From the NCBI GenBank assembly GCA_964016885.1, contig OZ024743.1, forward strand, positions 9,548,001 through 9,612,000: DNA of 64,000 bases, in the 5' to 3' direction. This stretch comes from Eledone cirrhosa. Lineage: Eukaryota. A model generated the notes under the pieces. That model saw nothing but the letters and a program-made list of their open reading frames with translations. It was not told the DNA's origin and did no database searches. Below are positions 1 to 14,194 of this stretch, in pieces. Numbering within the stretch: the first letter of the stretch is position 1; the number at the start of each line of letters is the position of its first letter. The position numbers were made by a program, and so were the translations under genes.

Positions 1-912
1 GAAGCCACCGATTGCTTTTACGAGACAAAGGAATAGAAAGACAGAGGTGTGCATCACATAATAAAATGGAGAACACTAGAAAAGCCCAAGCCATAAATCA
101 GCTGATCAAAGGAATGTCAACTTTGTATCAACTAGAAAAGCAGAAAACTGCAGTGTATAAAATCTTGTAAAGAATACTTAAATCCCTAAAGTGAGATAAT
201 CCAGAGCCGTTTGAATTTAAAAATAATTACTCACCAACGTCTAGATCTACATGAAAATGTATAAAATCCACCTTACAGATACCCAACATGCTGTCAGACT
301 GTCACAATGCTCTCACCCTTATCTTCTAGCACACCAACTACCCACTTGAAAATGTTCTTTCATATACCAAAGGAGTGTGGTGTACATTATCTCTCGAACC
401 ACGGACATACCAACTATATATCACATTCTCCCCCTATCTCCTTTTCTTCTTCTTCTTCCTACAATTAATATACCTCTAGGCCCTTCCTTAATCTCATTTA
501 TATATTGTCACATTGTTTCCCATTATCACTTGTTCTGTTAGCATTAAGGATATGTGCTCCTACTTGGCGAGTTGAACCAAAGCTAATATAACTCAGCAAT
601 GATGCAGCATTTAGATTCATGTTATACCCTTGTGTTTCAAACCCAGAGAGGCTTGAGGATCAGAAATAATTGATAAAAGTAGTTCCTAGTATAAAATTAT
701 TGTACTCAATAATAATCAGACAAACGATTGAAAAGGCTTTGAGAAATTGAGTAAGAAGATTGGAAATCATATCATTTTAATTTAATCCACGTAGAAACTT
801 TGACACTTCGGGATTATTTCGTCTAAGTCATATGGAGTTGATTAATGCTCAAATTCGTGCAAATTAATAGTTGGAAAATTTGCAAGTACTAAAATTTCTA
901 AGAAAACCCTGT

Positions 913-1900
913 TCACAGATTGAATAAGTAAAAAATGTTTGTAGAGAAGAAATATTTGTTGCTGTGTGCAGAGTATACTTTTAATATGACGGAGTGAGGG
1001 AAATAGTAATAGTAGCAATAGGAAGCAAGAACAGAAGTAGACGAAGGAGAAAACAATGGAGGGAGACAGTGTATTTGTAACTGGTAATTGAGAACAATGG
1101 AAAAAAAACTACATAAAGACCAAGGAAAATCGACTGCTGTCAGAGTGAGTGCTTGGTCAACAAGAGAAGGAAAGAGGAAAAGAAAATTAGCTGAAGTGTG
1201 AAGTCGACACATGATAAAAGGTTGTGCATTTTATAGGATTTGAAGAGGAATTAAGATAAAGCCTTCGTCATTTTAAACTGTTGAAGAAATAATGCAAAAA
1301 TCTGAAAGGAGTATGGATATTATTGATAATGGACATGAAGAAGGTGATTTGATGTTTGGGGAGCATTTCGGTTCGATGCAGTAATTGATGTTGAGAGCGT
1401 ATATTTCAGGTATTTTAATGAAGTCATGATGCTCAGCGTAATCTGAAAGGGGGTAGCCTAACCAGGTCACATTTTAGAACACACAACTACTCTGTTGACG
1501 TTGCTTAGCTTCCAGAGAAGGAAAGTAATTTATAGAGTAAATGACTTCTTTCACACGAATAAGGTTTTGCGGAGAAAAATAAAATAAGCGTGGAAGGGTT
1601 ATACAGCAATAGTTGGACGAACAGAAACATGTTTGAAACGCTTCTACAGATTTCATAATCAAGGCGTTTGGAACACCCATCCAGATAGCTAAAATAAGTT
1701 CAGTGGAACAATTAGCGACGGTACAAATATTTGTGATTAATAGACTAATAATATAAATCCTAATATTTTTACATAAATTTTTACATAAATCCTTATGTTT
1801 TGTGAGATGAAGCATTTGTAAAGTGATTGAAGGTTTTCGCTGTGCAATGTGGAAATAAAATCGTTTGTCGCATTCGAAATACAGAATATTATCATGGTTA
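913..1900 (-). pseudogene. Possible degraded single-exon class A GPCR pseudogene
   Basis: Frame-broken minus-strand peptides fall in plausible TM order: NIRIYIISLLITNIC (TM2-like), CSSNYCCITLPRLFYFSP (TM3/DRY-like), AVDFPWSL (TM6-like), FPSLRHIKSILC (helix-8-like). Many stops and frameshifts; similarity is weak. Confidence 0.3.
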
Positions 1901-2910
1901 ATGTTTATCGAAGCAATGTATGTCTGACGGATGGTGTCTCCATTACATTTGGATGAAACGTGTGCGCAATGTTAACAATAAGCGAAGAGTAACTGTTCTG
2001 CAGCGTATGTTGTTTTAATGAATAGAAACAAGAAAGAGTGTCGAAAATGCACAACTCAAATGCCTCTGTGAATTGTGAGATGGTGTTTCGGAGCAAACCA
2101 TGTTGGCACGCTTATAAAAAATCTACAATTAAGGTTACATTGAAGCTAACAACATCTACAATCTAGCTTCAAATAGTCCTTTGTATGTTAATTTATGTTG
2201 CTGTTGCTGATGAGGAAGACATTGAAATCGCATTTATACAAATGCAAATTGTGTTTACAGAGGAGCATATATGTATTGAGTATGAAGAATATTATTAGCA
2301 CCCAAAGGCATGAATATCAAGTAAATGAAGCGTATTCAAAATTAAGGTTTTGAAAAAAACTCTGTGGAATTACTTATAATAATTAAAAGCAATAGTTATG
2401 TGAAATATATACAGTAGTCTAATGAGAGAATAATAGAAAATGATAAAATAAAGCTAATATAAATAATTAAAACAATATATCAGTTTGTGCCAAATATAAT
2501 TTAAAACATGATAAATACATAGCAACAGTGTAATAGAATAGAAAAAATCACAGTTGCTAATTATGAAGGGGAAAGTTGTATAATTAGTCGAGTAAACTCC
2601 TGTCTTGTCTAACGTTATCAACAGATCATGTCATACAGCTGGGAGCCTTTCTTTTAGAACTAAAGAAATTAAACGTGTTTTTGTTTATAAATTAATTAAC
2701 AAGGAAATGATCTTCAGTTTAGTTTTCTATATGTAAACCACTGGGAAAGATAAAGAAAAAAGGTTTAAAATTAAGAAACGAAATAAACTTACTTGTATTC
2801 TACATAGATGTTACTGGGTCTGCAAGTAATCAATGATATAGAATACTCCCTCGCTCTTTTTCTCTATCTCTGGCTCTCTCTGTTTTAGACACAACTCTCT
2901 CTCCCCCCCC

Positions 2911-2949
<39 letters not shown>

Positions 2950-4587
2950 TCTCTTTCTCTCATATATATATATATATATATATGCATACAAATATTTATA
3001 TATGCATCAGTGTCTATATATATATATATCTCTACATATGCTCACATATACACATCCAGACATAGAAATAAATCCTTAGATACTAATAAATACACGAAAG
3101 AACTTTGAGATACATATAATACAAAAACACATTTAGGTACGTTCCTATTTTCCATAATTTTGTTCCAATATCATGTGTATTGTTTCCTTTGAATATTGAT
3201 AAATAAGTTATTATAAAAATATTCATACAGGTTAAATGTCATATAGTAACAAAGTAATAGAATATAACTCGCTATGAGACTCCAATGAACTCTTACCATA
3301 TCAGATTTAGGAATTCATTGAAGTTTCATAAGCATTGATGCCAGTGTTTAACAGTAAACATAATATAAATGGGACTTCAGAAATGTGGAGAATTCAAACT
3401 GAATGTAAAGGGCCAGAATAGATATAGTAAAGATTCCCAACTGGCGCTCAAACAATGACGCCAATTTGGTGCACTGAACTAATACCTTATTTATAGACTC
3501 CGAAATTATGAAAAATCAGAACAAATACCGTTTTATGAATTCAAATGTGATGTTTTGACATTTCTTACTCTCAATAATAAAGGTGTCAGTAATATGTTTG
3601 TCATTCCAATCGACGAAAACCCTACCTCACAAATCTGTTTTGTAAAATGGATCAATACACATGTTTTTATAACACTTCTAATATTGACATGAACAATACT
3701 AAATACTGGCAGTTTGTCTACGTGCAAGGTACGGAGATTATAGTTCGTTTAGCTGCCATAAGTTCAATTTTAATGAAAAACAGTAAAATCTCCAATGTTT
3801 ACAGAAGTTAGAAACGTTTAAACGAGAACTGTATATTTAGTTCAAGGCGAAATAGTTTAATGCGATAATGTATGTAAAAGAAATACGAAATAGACATTGT
3901 TTTTATTCCATATTTTATTCCAATATGGCGTCTTGACAAATTACCTGACTCTTGTATAAAGAACGACGAATAGTTCTGAGAGTTCTTTTTAATCATTCTA
4001 GTTGAAATGATATTATACTGCATGATATTGAATTTTGTATTATTTGATTGATGCCATCTAGAACATGCTTACTAATTCTATTTTACACTTACAGACATCA
4101 AGCTGCCTGCACTTAATGCTGAAGAGAAAATTGTTTAACCCAAAGAAAACGCCACACTGGCGAAGATAATACCGAGTGATACACTCTATGTGTCTCAGGC
4201 CCTCTTCTTAAAATATGGATAGAGCACTCTTCTTAAAATATGGATAGGTCTGTTAAGGCTGTATAGCATGCATTTAATTTGCTAGCTGCATACAAAGAAT
4301 TTAATGTCAACAAGGCATGTTTCATCAGAATTGCTCAAGAAATAATCATAATCTATCAATTATTTGGGGATTCAAATGTATAGTCAAAATATAGAACCCA
4401 AAGGAATATGTTTTGTCATGTGAGAATCAAGAGATAGCTAATGTTTTTGAGGTGTCTTTAGTCTGTAAAAGGCGGACATAGAGGCGAAAAAGGATAGGGC
4501 AAGGGATTTCCAACTTTGAATGTAAAATAATATCAGAGAAAACCCCAATGTAGGAGGTCCTGTATATAGTGATTACGGACTAGCATT

Positions 4588-4796
4588 TTATATTTATAAT
4601 AATTGTTTCTACTTTAGGCACAAGGCCAGAAATTACCCAGTGCATTACTGGTACTTTATTTTATCGACCCCGTAAGGATGAAAGGCAAAGTCAACCTCGG
4701 CGGGATTTGAACTCAGATCGTAAAGGGACGTAACTATGCTGGAAAGCATGGCGTCCGACCCTCTACCGATACTGCCAATCTACCGATACTGCCAAT
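4588..4796 (-). mobile_element. tRNA-derived SINE, copy 1 (5'-truncated)
   Basis: Minus strand has A-box-like TGGCAGTATCGGTAG and B-box GAGTTCAAATCC, then CCGAGGTTGACTTTGCCTTTCATCC...GGGGTCGATAAAATAAAGTACCAGT. Near-identical copies at 4797 and 30625. Resembles the abundant octopus SINE from memory. Confidence 0.85.
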
Positions 4797-5016
4797 TTAT
4801 ATTTATAATAATTGTTTCTACTTTTGGCACAAGGCCAGCAATTACCCAGTGTATTACTGGTACTTTATTTTATCGACCCCGTAAGGATGGAAGGCAAAGT
4901 TAACCTCGGCGGGATTTGAACTCAGACCATAAAGGACCATAACTCTATGCTGCAAAGCATGGTGTCTGACCCTCTACCGATACTGCCAATCCACCGCCCT
5001 TTATATTTATAATAAT
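4797..5016 (-). mobile_element. tRNA-derived SINE, copy 2 (longer 5' end)
   Basis: Tandem with copy 1. 5' end reads GGGCGGTGGATTGGCAGTATCGG on the minus strand. Flanked by TTTATATTTATAATAAT repeats. Confidence 0.85.
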
Positions 5017-6745
5017 GTTACTGAAATGCATTGCAATTAATAAAGAATATTATTGGATTATTTATTGCCATATGATTATACAAACGATCACATAAATTTA
5101 TGTCGTTACATTTTATCTGAAACAAGGCACGGAAATTTCTGATAAGATGAGATTCAATGTCATGGTTTGAAAATCACATCATTTGCTCATTAATGTAGAA
5201 ACTACGATATAACATGTGCATTACTAAGCAGATTTATTTTATCACATCCAGCCGTGTGTGGTGGAACTGAAGTCAGAATTTATGGTGGTGAATTTAAATA
5301 ATGAAATTAAGTTAGTCTATGTTCTAATGTCTTGATTATCTCCATCTTCATATCTATAAACAAATAATTGAATCATCTTCATAAAATATTTATGCACATA
5401 GCATAATTACTATTTTCATATAATTACATAGTTATAGATGCGTACAGATGTCTGTAGTATATATATTTATGTGTAAGTTCTCGTGAGTTTGTATGTATTT
5501 GTCACTAAATTGTCGTGTGTATTAATTTGCTTTATTGTATTTCATGCCAATTCTGTCGATTTAATTGGACATATTTCTTTCTGTTATTTTTCGAGGGGAA
5601 CAACATTTAAGAAAACATCAATACTAAAATTAGTTCTCATAAGTGTTTTAAAACAGAAATGTAAATATCAAGCTTTCGTGCTATATTCCACAATAATGGT
5701 GGTCGACTATACAACTGATATGAAAAGAAAACAAAACTCAGATGTAAGTGACTAAAAAAATGTAAAGAAAATCTTTGGAATATTTTGTTCCATGAAGTTG
5801 TCTCCTTTATTATATTAGCCTAATCAGTTAACATATGTGATTGTGATATCGTCTCTCATACTTTATGTGATACCGTCGTAGTTCAACTACTCTACGTTAT
5901 ATAGTGCTTAATCAGGTAAACTGAGGAATGTATGCCATTATCATTCAATGTTTCATAAGATATTTCATGTAACCCTTTAACTGCCATATTCTACATTGGT
6001 TAAAGTATAAAATGTACGAAATCTTCCATTGAACTCCTACAAAGCTCCCATGTCTATATAGGTGATGCAATATTCTTAAGCTTATTTAATATTTAATTTT
6101 TAATGCAGTGTATTATGTTAACTGTATCGAACATTTACATTGATTTACCAGATATTCTATGTGATACTTTTTGTATATGTTTGTAGTTGATCAGCCAATG
6201 TATGTGATGAAACTGGTGATCTACTATGAGATATCAATCTTGAAACATATTTATGCTTGTGATGAAATAAATCGGATATAAGTAATTCTGAATTAGTCTT
6301 GTTCTGTAAAATGCGTTTGTGTACCTTGGTGAAATGAGATAGCACGTTTTGCTAGATATGTTTTACAGAAGTATGTAGAAATACCTCTATAAGTATAACA
6401 CACTGCTTTATACACAAATGATGTAGAGAAAACTGTGATATACATGTATATGAATTGAGAATGTGTTTATTCAGGATTACTCTTATGAGATACCTGTCGA
6501 ACTCAGCTACATTAATAATTAATCTTATAGACAAGTATTCGTCTACACCGTAGTGTAATCGTCAGTTATTCTCTTCTTGTCTGTGTATTGCTTGCATATA
6601 AGCAATACATATTCGATGGACACATTCCTGTGTTCTAATACAAGTCTGACCGTACAATGATATATTGTATATAAACTAAGGTATCTATATTAACATTAAT
6701 TCATTCTCTGTTACCAGCGCTACAGCATTTGTTTAGCTAAGCTAC

Positions 6746-6817
6746 ACACCTCTCTATAATGTGTACACCTCTCTATAATGTGTACACCTCTCTATAATGT
6801 GTACACCTCTCTATAAT
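6746..6817. repeat. 19-bp minisatellite (CACCTCTCTATAATGTGTA) x about 4
   Basis: Direct tandem copies visible. Confidence 0.9.
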
Positions 6818-7002
6818 CGCATAGATATTTTATATAGTGTCACCAAAGGTTTTATGGGAAATGATGGTTATCATAAATATGTATGTTATAAGTACGATAA
6901 CAATGAAGGTATTTTATTGATATTTATATTTGTAAGTGCATATACATTATTCTGTAAGTATATATGTTGATTTACTTGTAATCGTCTTATTGCCAATTTG
7001 AC

Positions 7003-7064
7003 TAGGAATGGAGGTATGTTTACATATATACGTAGATACATAATACATATATTTGTACAGATGA

Positions 7065-7128
<64 letters not shown>

Positions 7129-7188
7129 TCATCTGTACAAATATATGTATTATGTATGTACGTATATATGTAAACATACTTCCATTCC

Positions 7189-7190
<2 letters not shown>
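7003..7190. repeat. Inverted repeat (about 66-bp arms) around a (TA)n loop
   Basis: TAGGAATGGAGGTATG...GATGAGTGC-(AT)n-GCACTCATC...CATACTTCCATTCCTA, with few mismatches. Confidence 0.9.
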
Positions 7191-7265
<75 letters not shown>

Positions 7266-7288
7266 ATATATATATGTATGTGTATATA

Positions 7289-7363
<75 letters not shown>

Positions 7364-7436
7364 ATATATGCGTGTGTTTGTGTGTATGTGCGTGTGAGTG
7401 TGTGTGTATGCATGTATATATATGTATACATACATA
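7190..7436. repeat. (TA)n/(TG)n compound microsatellite
   Basis: Visible directly. Confidence 0.95.
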
Positions 7437-9407
7437 TTGCAACTTTGTAATTGAAAATACATTTAATAATTCATATCCATTTGTATGTCAATTGATACTT
7501 GAATATCAATAAATACCCCGCAAACTTTCAAAGTATACGAAGAAAACTCTTGCCAAATTTATTGCAACATTTTCGTTTGTTTTGCCCTTTACACTTTTGC
7601 TCAAATTTCCAGTCTGTTTCTCATTATATATTGCTCTACTTAGAGAAACAATTTACTTTTAGCCAATACTAATTTTGCGATTCTTATAATTACAAGATCT
7701 ACTAGATCTAACACATTTAGAAGCTCGTCTGATATGCAGAATTTTGTACATAAATCTTTTATTGTAATATCTTATAGTTACCATAACAACTATTAGAAGA
7801 TATGTTTTTGTTTACCATCTTTCAAGTAGTTCATCTCCATAATTGCATTCTAAATACAATATTTTCATTCAGTTTGGAACATTTCCAAAACGATACTCCA
7901 GATGAAAATTAGTAAGCTAGAAACGAATTTGGCTGAAATCATTTGTGTGTAAACGGTAATAATAATATATAGATAATACTATGTAATCCGGCATGCGTAT
8001 TGCCATGACATTAATGAAAGCCACACATAGCCTGACCTCGCGGTTTTAAAATGGTCTATTTATTTGATTTTTTTGCAAAACCCGATTTTTGTATAAACTA
8101 CTGCGCAAAAATCATAACTACATTTGGAACAAAAAAGCTACATAATTTTTGTTTTGGATTTATTCCAATTGGGAACGAGTGTTTTAACTATATTCTCACT
8201 CTAAACATTTTGCTGCGGACCACAAAAACTGGATATTAGGAATATGTAACAAAACATTTGAAGGAAGTTAACAGATCCATTCTATAAATACATAATAAAT
8301 AGAAATGCAAAATTGCCTATTAATTGCATCCATTTGCATCAGACGGATACAAAATATTGCAATAAAAACAATTTATTACTTTTCAAAGCAATTGATATTA
8401 TTCCCTAGAAAATGGAAGCGTCATATGATATGATATTTGTTAATATAAATTGTTTAAACTTTGGTTTCTATCGGAAATACTATTCATTAGTGCTATCAGA
8501 TACGGCCCTGAAGACAAGAAAATTGTTGGCATTTTTATTTGGTTAAGTTTCTCTTTAAAATTCCTTTTTATCTATATTTCTTGTGGGAAATGTGACACTG
8601 TAATAGCGCAACCATATTTAATATATTTTATGGTGATAACGTTCAGGATAGCGTTGATTAGTCATGCTACAATTCTAAACTTATATAACATCAAGCCAAA
8701 CCATCAAAATGGATTAGGAGACAAAACATTATATTTCGCATTTCGGTTTGCACATTCATAAAGCAATAACCTGAGACTTTGAAGATATTTCCATTTCTAG
8801 TTGAGGTTAATTAAATGATAATTCAAGTCAAAAGCTAACTGGTGAAGACAAATGTTAGTATTTATATTTTTCTTCTCTAAAATACTGAACATATACGTGT
8901 ACTTAAAATATATTAATATTTTACAAAATTGTATTTACTTCAGACTGTGCTAGAGGTTTGTCTTTTGCGACATAACAATGGTTACAAAGATATAGGTATC
9001 TATTACGAAACCGACAATTACTTAGTTTAACCACATAATAACAATATAGCTCATTGAAAGAGATCATCTGAAATTATGATTTTAAGCGTATCATTTTCAG
9101 ATATCGTTTGATAATACTGGTGAACAAAACAACTGTCTTTCTAGGAGCCTGAGATTTTAGACCTGATTCTGCCACTGATTCAGAAAATATCACCCGTTTT
9201 GCTTCACATCCGCTAGTGTTTGAAATATTGCATACGTCATTATCTAGTGTATTACCTGTCTGGAACAGTACTATGAGTTGCTCATAAATCTAATTGCATC
9301 TGTATAATTAAATAGTATCTATAATTGTGCTGATGAGGTTTTGCATATGTATTGTAATTGCACCAACGTGATTTCTTTCCTGTTAAAGATGTTCACTTGG
9401 CTTTAAC

Positions 9408-10280
9408 ATGACAAAAATGTGTAAATCATCCTGCTTCCTTTTATTTTATTTGCAGAGAGTACCATTCATTGAACAGAGAAAAGCTATTATTGATTTTGTA
9501 AAAAGAGCTTATGTTGCTTATTTCTGTGTATGCCTATGGGGCCAAGGGAAGCTACGAATTCCTCATGTTGTGTGTCAAACTGGTAAGAAACACCCTCGGT
9601 AAAGGAGCAATGAAAGTTAGATGTCTGAAAGATGTTAGACTAATGTTATGGAGAGAACAAAAACGCCACGGTGATGACTTACCTTTGTTTGGTGAATATT
9701 AAAGGCATCAATTGATGTACGAAACCAGATTAACTGGAAGTATCCTGACATAGTATCAGCTTGAAGTCCAGATGTACATGGAGATGGAATACCTATTCCA
9801 TCATTCACCCATCTTCCAGAACTCTTTCAAGAAGATGATGAATCAACTACTGACGAAAAAGGATATGCGGGCAACATGATAGCGATTTCAAAGGACCACC
9901 ACAAGATGGAGAACGTTTTAGTCAACACAAATAATCGAATAATCGGGTTGGGTTAAAAACATTTACTATTACTAACATTCACGTTATATGCCAAAAGAGA
10001 AATGAATTTACTCCCCTTCGAAAAGGAGAATGACTTTGATTTCTGCGGCAATGCACGAGAATTGCTGTCGAAACTAGGCATATAGGAATACACAAATGTG
10101 CTCTACAGAATAGCAACGGATGTAGATCAATTCCAATTGATCAATCAGTCGGTATGAGTGACGCATGCTGGACAGTTGGAAATAGACATAGAACATTTAC
10201 TATACCGAAACCACCAATGGGCAATCAGTGTGGATGTAAATAGGGAGAATATTCTCCTGAGCCAGGAAAGTCAGTGAAAC
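9408..10280 (+). pseudogene. Degraded Chapaev3/CMC-like DNA transposase
   Basis: Frame-broken motifs in the expected order: RKAIIDFVKRAYVAYF..PHVVC, MLWREQKRHGDD, CLVNIKGIN, WKYPDIVSA..VHGDGIPIP, LYRNHQWAISVD. These match the Chapaev3-type consensus (KRAYxAYFG..DQDKxWAPH; PMVWREPxNHxDDCYFC; YxxHxWxICxD) as recalled. Confidence 0.65.
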
Positions 10281-13200
10281 GGATATTAAGATTGCTGATT
10301 CAGAGAAGCAGATAATGTTGTAGAAAAATAGATGCCTTGTTGTTGGTGAATGAGTCTTTACCTGTCAATCATACGGCTTATTTCTTTACTCATGGTCTAA
10401 TATTTATTTGTTTGCAAAACCGCTCCAGATATGTAAGATGTACTATACTCTACTGATAGTTTGTAAGGTGTCAGCAACTAATTATTTCTGAAGTGTATTC
10501 TATGCTTGTAGAGGAAAAGAGTTTTCTTATGTTATAGTATTTGTTATGACTGCATGGGAAATCCTAGATTTTGAGGCCTAGTATTTGTATCGTAAGTTAG
10601 ATTTATGAAAATATGATATATTTTCAGAAAACAGAAACCAGTTTAAAGTGGGCAGCCATATATATTTCTTAATTATCACTTTTCTGAAAATATATTATTG
10701 TACTAAAGAAGATGGTTTTTCCCTGAGCATAAACAATTATTTGCTGCTGTATGGTAAAATATACTGCTACGTAACCTGATAATAAGTGGATAGCCAAACT
10801 GTTTTTTGGGTATTTCATTCCTAAGTATTACAAATACCTTCCAGATATATCGTTTTGACACGATTCATTGAATACAATGTCCAACAGTTTTATCTATATC
10901 GAAATAATATAGGTTCTTACGCTTTGTTTCACGTTTCAATGAATATTCAATTTATCTTGGTGGAGTAAGAGTTATAATAGCAACTATAATATTTATAGTT
11001 TGGGTATCATCAATATTTAACTTACCGAAAGATGCTTTTCATATTTTATGTGATTTAAAATTTATCAAACTCTGCCACTTGCTTCCTTCACGCGGATTGC
11101 ATAACTAAATAAATTACCAGCAATCAACAAAAAATAGTGCACGCTTATTAAATGATTTAGTGACAAATGGTCATGCTTAAATCATACAGCGTTATGCATC
11201 ATTATAGATCATCGATGTCAAGGCGCATTGTCAATATATAGTTTTTAAAAGTTCTTATGTTTTGGTAATTCCAAATAATGCAACGCAAATATTAGAATAC
11301 ATAATGATTCAGATAAATTATATAATAATATATAAAAGAAATCTCAGAATGGAGGTAATGTTTTCTTTGCTATAACTATTGCAGAGACATTAGCAACTAA
11401 ATAAGATAACATAGATATAACTAGGAACTGAAATTGCATTAATGAACATGGCAATATCTTTCAAAGTTAGCAGTAAGGGAAGAATTGTTTTAATTTCATA
11501 TGTTATGTATGAAACAACTATATCCGTCCCAACAGTTATCAGAGAATTGAGCGTCCGTATGGTGATAATAATACGTAATATATGCAGTGCAAATGTATCT
11601 AATTTTCTTCGAAAAAGAAAGAAATATATATACATAACATTAATCTTAGGTAGCGCGATATTTAAGAAATTATAAAAGCTTGGAAAACTAAGTGTACAAT
11701 TTCATGATGTAATGATATCAAAGTTCAAATCACGAAAGAATTTAGTAAGGCGATAACTATACATAGTCAGCGTTTTTAATTATAAACCTGAAATACACGG
11801 ATTTATTTAATCATGTAGACATGGTATTTCAATTGCGATTTAAGATCTCTATTTACATCAAGTAACTTTGTCAGCCAATAGTTTCACTGAATGAATATAC
11901 AGTTTAGTGAGTTCACTGCCTTTACCACATAAACAAGTTTGAGAATTAAGGAAATTATTCTGTTACTACGCTGCCGTCTTTGAGTTTAGTTTAAACGTTA
12001 GCGATTCAAATTTCACCAATGTAATGTTACTATTTTATAAATGTTTTAGAAAGTCGTCAAAGAAAAATCAAACTAATTATATATTGTAGAATGAATGCTC
12101 TTCCGATTAACATAGCCCCATATGAAGTACTTAAACATGGAGGAATGAAGAAACCAGTTAGTTTGACACATTTTGAGCAATAATGAGCTATGCATAGATT
12201 AATCCCTAATATATTTATTGGTATTAGAGTACTTCATGACCATGGGGTTATCTTCACTCTCATTCTTCATAATAAGCTGAAGATAATGTTCATTCTCACG
12301 ATAATTTATTATATTCGACATAAATGTTATGTTCTTATCATTTTGATATTATTCCACAAAAGGTATCATATCGTCTTTTGGGGTGTCAATAGGCATAAAT
12401 TCACAACAGCATTGAAAATCAGCAGCAATTGTTAGCAAGCTTACACACCTTGATATTGATAAAGCTTTCTGTAAACGTTGGCTCACTGGTAAGCATTACT
12501 TTTAGAGAACCACCATCCTTGAGGATATGCGGCCTACGTCACATTGACTCTGAAGTTACATAATGAAATGCTTAACATTCTTTGTCTCCGAATTAGCATA
12601 TAGAAGAATGCATTTGAGAGATGATTCTTTACTGTGAAAGTGTGATTTGTTAATATCTCGTCCGTATGTCTTCCGAAACTGTCCTCTCCTGATTCTAAGA
12701 TGAATTTCTACTAACAAAGATGATCTTCTAAATTTCCATGCGGATATTGTGATCATTAGGTCTTTAACATTCTATAACTGAGACTATTATGTATGAGAGA
12801 AAGATGTGCTAGTCGATTAAGTCTTTTGGACGATTAAATCAAGTTGGCCAAAGGTGATTTGAGTATCGCACAAACAGTTATGGAACATCCATGTGTAGAG
12901 AAAGGACTGTACGTAATTTTCGATTTGCTATTCAATCATATCAAGAAATTCTGTGCCCTTGTACTGTAGCTTTAAATTGCATGGAAAAACCAAATGAAAT
13001 GTGTCACCAAATTATAAAATACTTGGATTTTTCATGTTCAATCATTCAGAATATTTTGAATTGTTCAGTGATCATTACAGCTATTAGTTTTATTTCACCA
13101 GTTACATAGACATATTTTACTTCCCGTCGGTGTTTTCTGATGTTTTCATAATATTTGTCTTAAACTCTAACGGAAACATTTTGCTATTGCTTTAAACGAG

Positions 13201-14194
13201 GGGAGATAGCTGTTTGAGATTTACATTATCAATCAATATCTACTTTAATAATTAAGAAAAAAATTGAAAGGTAACAGTCTCAAACGGTTATGAGGTTACT
13301 GAACATGCAGTTGTGTATTTGTACACAAATGTTTGTGACTTTACTTTCAGATACATATCTGAACTAAATGATTGATATACCATTAGGTCTTGATTTGTTT
13401 AATTTCATTTTCACTCACTCTTAAGTGATGCGGGGAAAAATTAAATGCTTGTGTTCTTTGTATATTTTTGTTTATAATAGATCTTAGAATCACTCGGAAA
13501 TTTCTTATATTGAAATGTCCTTGTTTAACGATTCAAGTCAGTATTAATCAATAGCGTACATATATTTGATCGATTTTTATGTTGTGTTGAAGCCTATAAA
13601 TTATGAAACGTCTGTGTTATTAATAAATTCAATGCACATAGATACAGAAACTCTCTGAAAATAGAACATAAATCAATAAAAGTTAAATTTCCACAATTAA
13701 AAACAATGTATATGCTCTAATAAAAATTGTTTCACTTATTTGTGCTCATCATTTCCAAATTATGTTTTATATTTACTCAGATCACATTTCTCTCTTGCTT
13801 AGAATTATTCACCTCTACAACCAATTTAAATGATTAGATATTTGGCTGTAAAATAAGGTAAACCTTCACTTATGGTAAATAGTGTGTGTTAAGTAGATAC
13901 AATTTAGTGACAAATTAGTTCATGAGTATGGAAAGTTTCTTATTGGAATTTGAACGGTATATTTTTTATTACATTACTGTAGTTGAAACGTTGTCAGTTC
14001 CGATGAAGAGTGCTCTAATTGAGTCGAGCAACGGAATAGCTTCGTCGTGAGATTAACATACAAGGGTCTAAGCATTTCACTGACAAATGTATTTTTAAAA
14101 CCTAGTTCTCTGGGAAATTCAGCATGATACAGAATTCTAGAAGACCAGCTCATTGAATTGTAAATACAACATATTTTTGCCAGCTCGCTACATA

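Noticed and set aside
1-760. Possible old LINE 3' end and decayed SINE
   Set aside because: Too degraded to assign by eye.
6746-6817. Short repeat array as a CRISPR candidate
   Set aside because: No spacers, no cas genes, and a eukaryotic context.
6886-7512. ORFs of YI/VC/HT repeats (also at 18-19 kb, 22.7-23.4 kb, 28.4-28.8 kb and 45-47.6 kb)
   Set aside because: These are translations of (TA)n, (TG)n and (TATG)n microsatellites, which lack stop codons.
12300-12990. SSLKCILLY motif suggesting a second Chapaev fragment
   Set aside because: No other family motifs found in order nearby; a single short match is insufficient.
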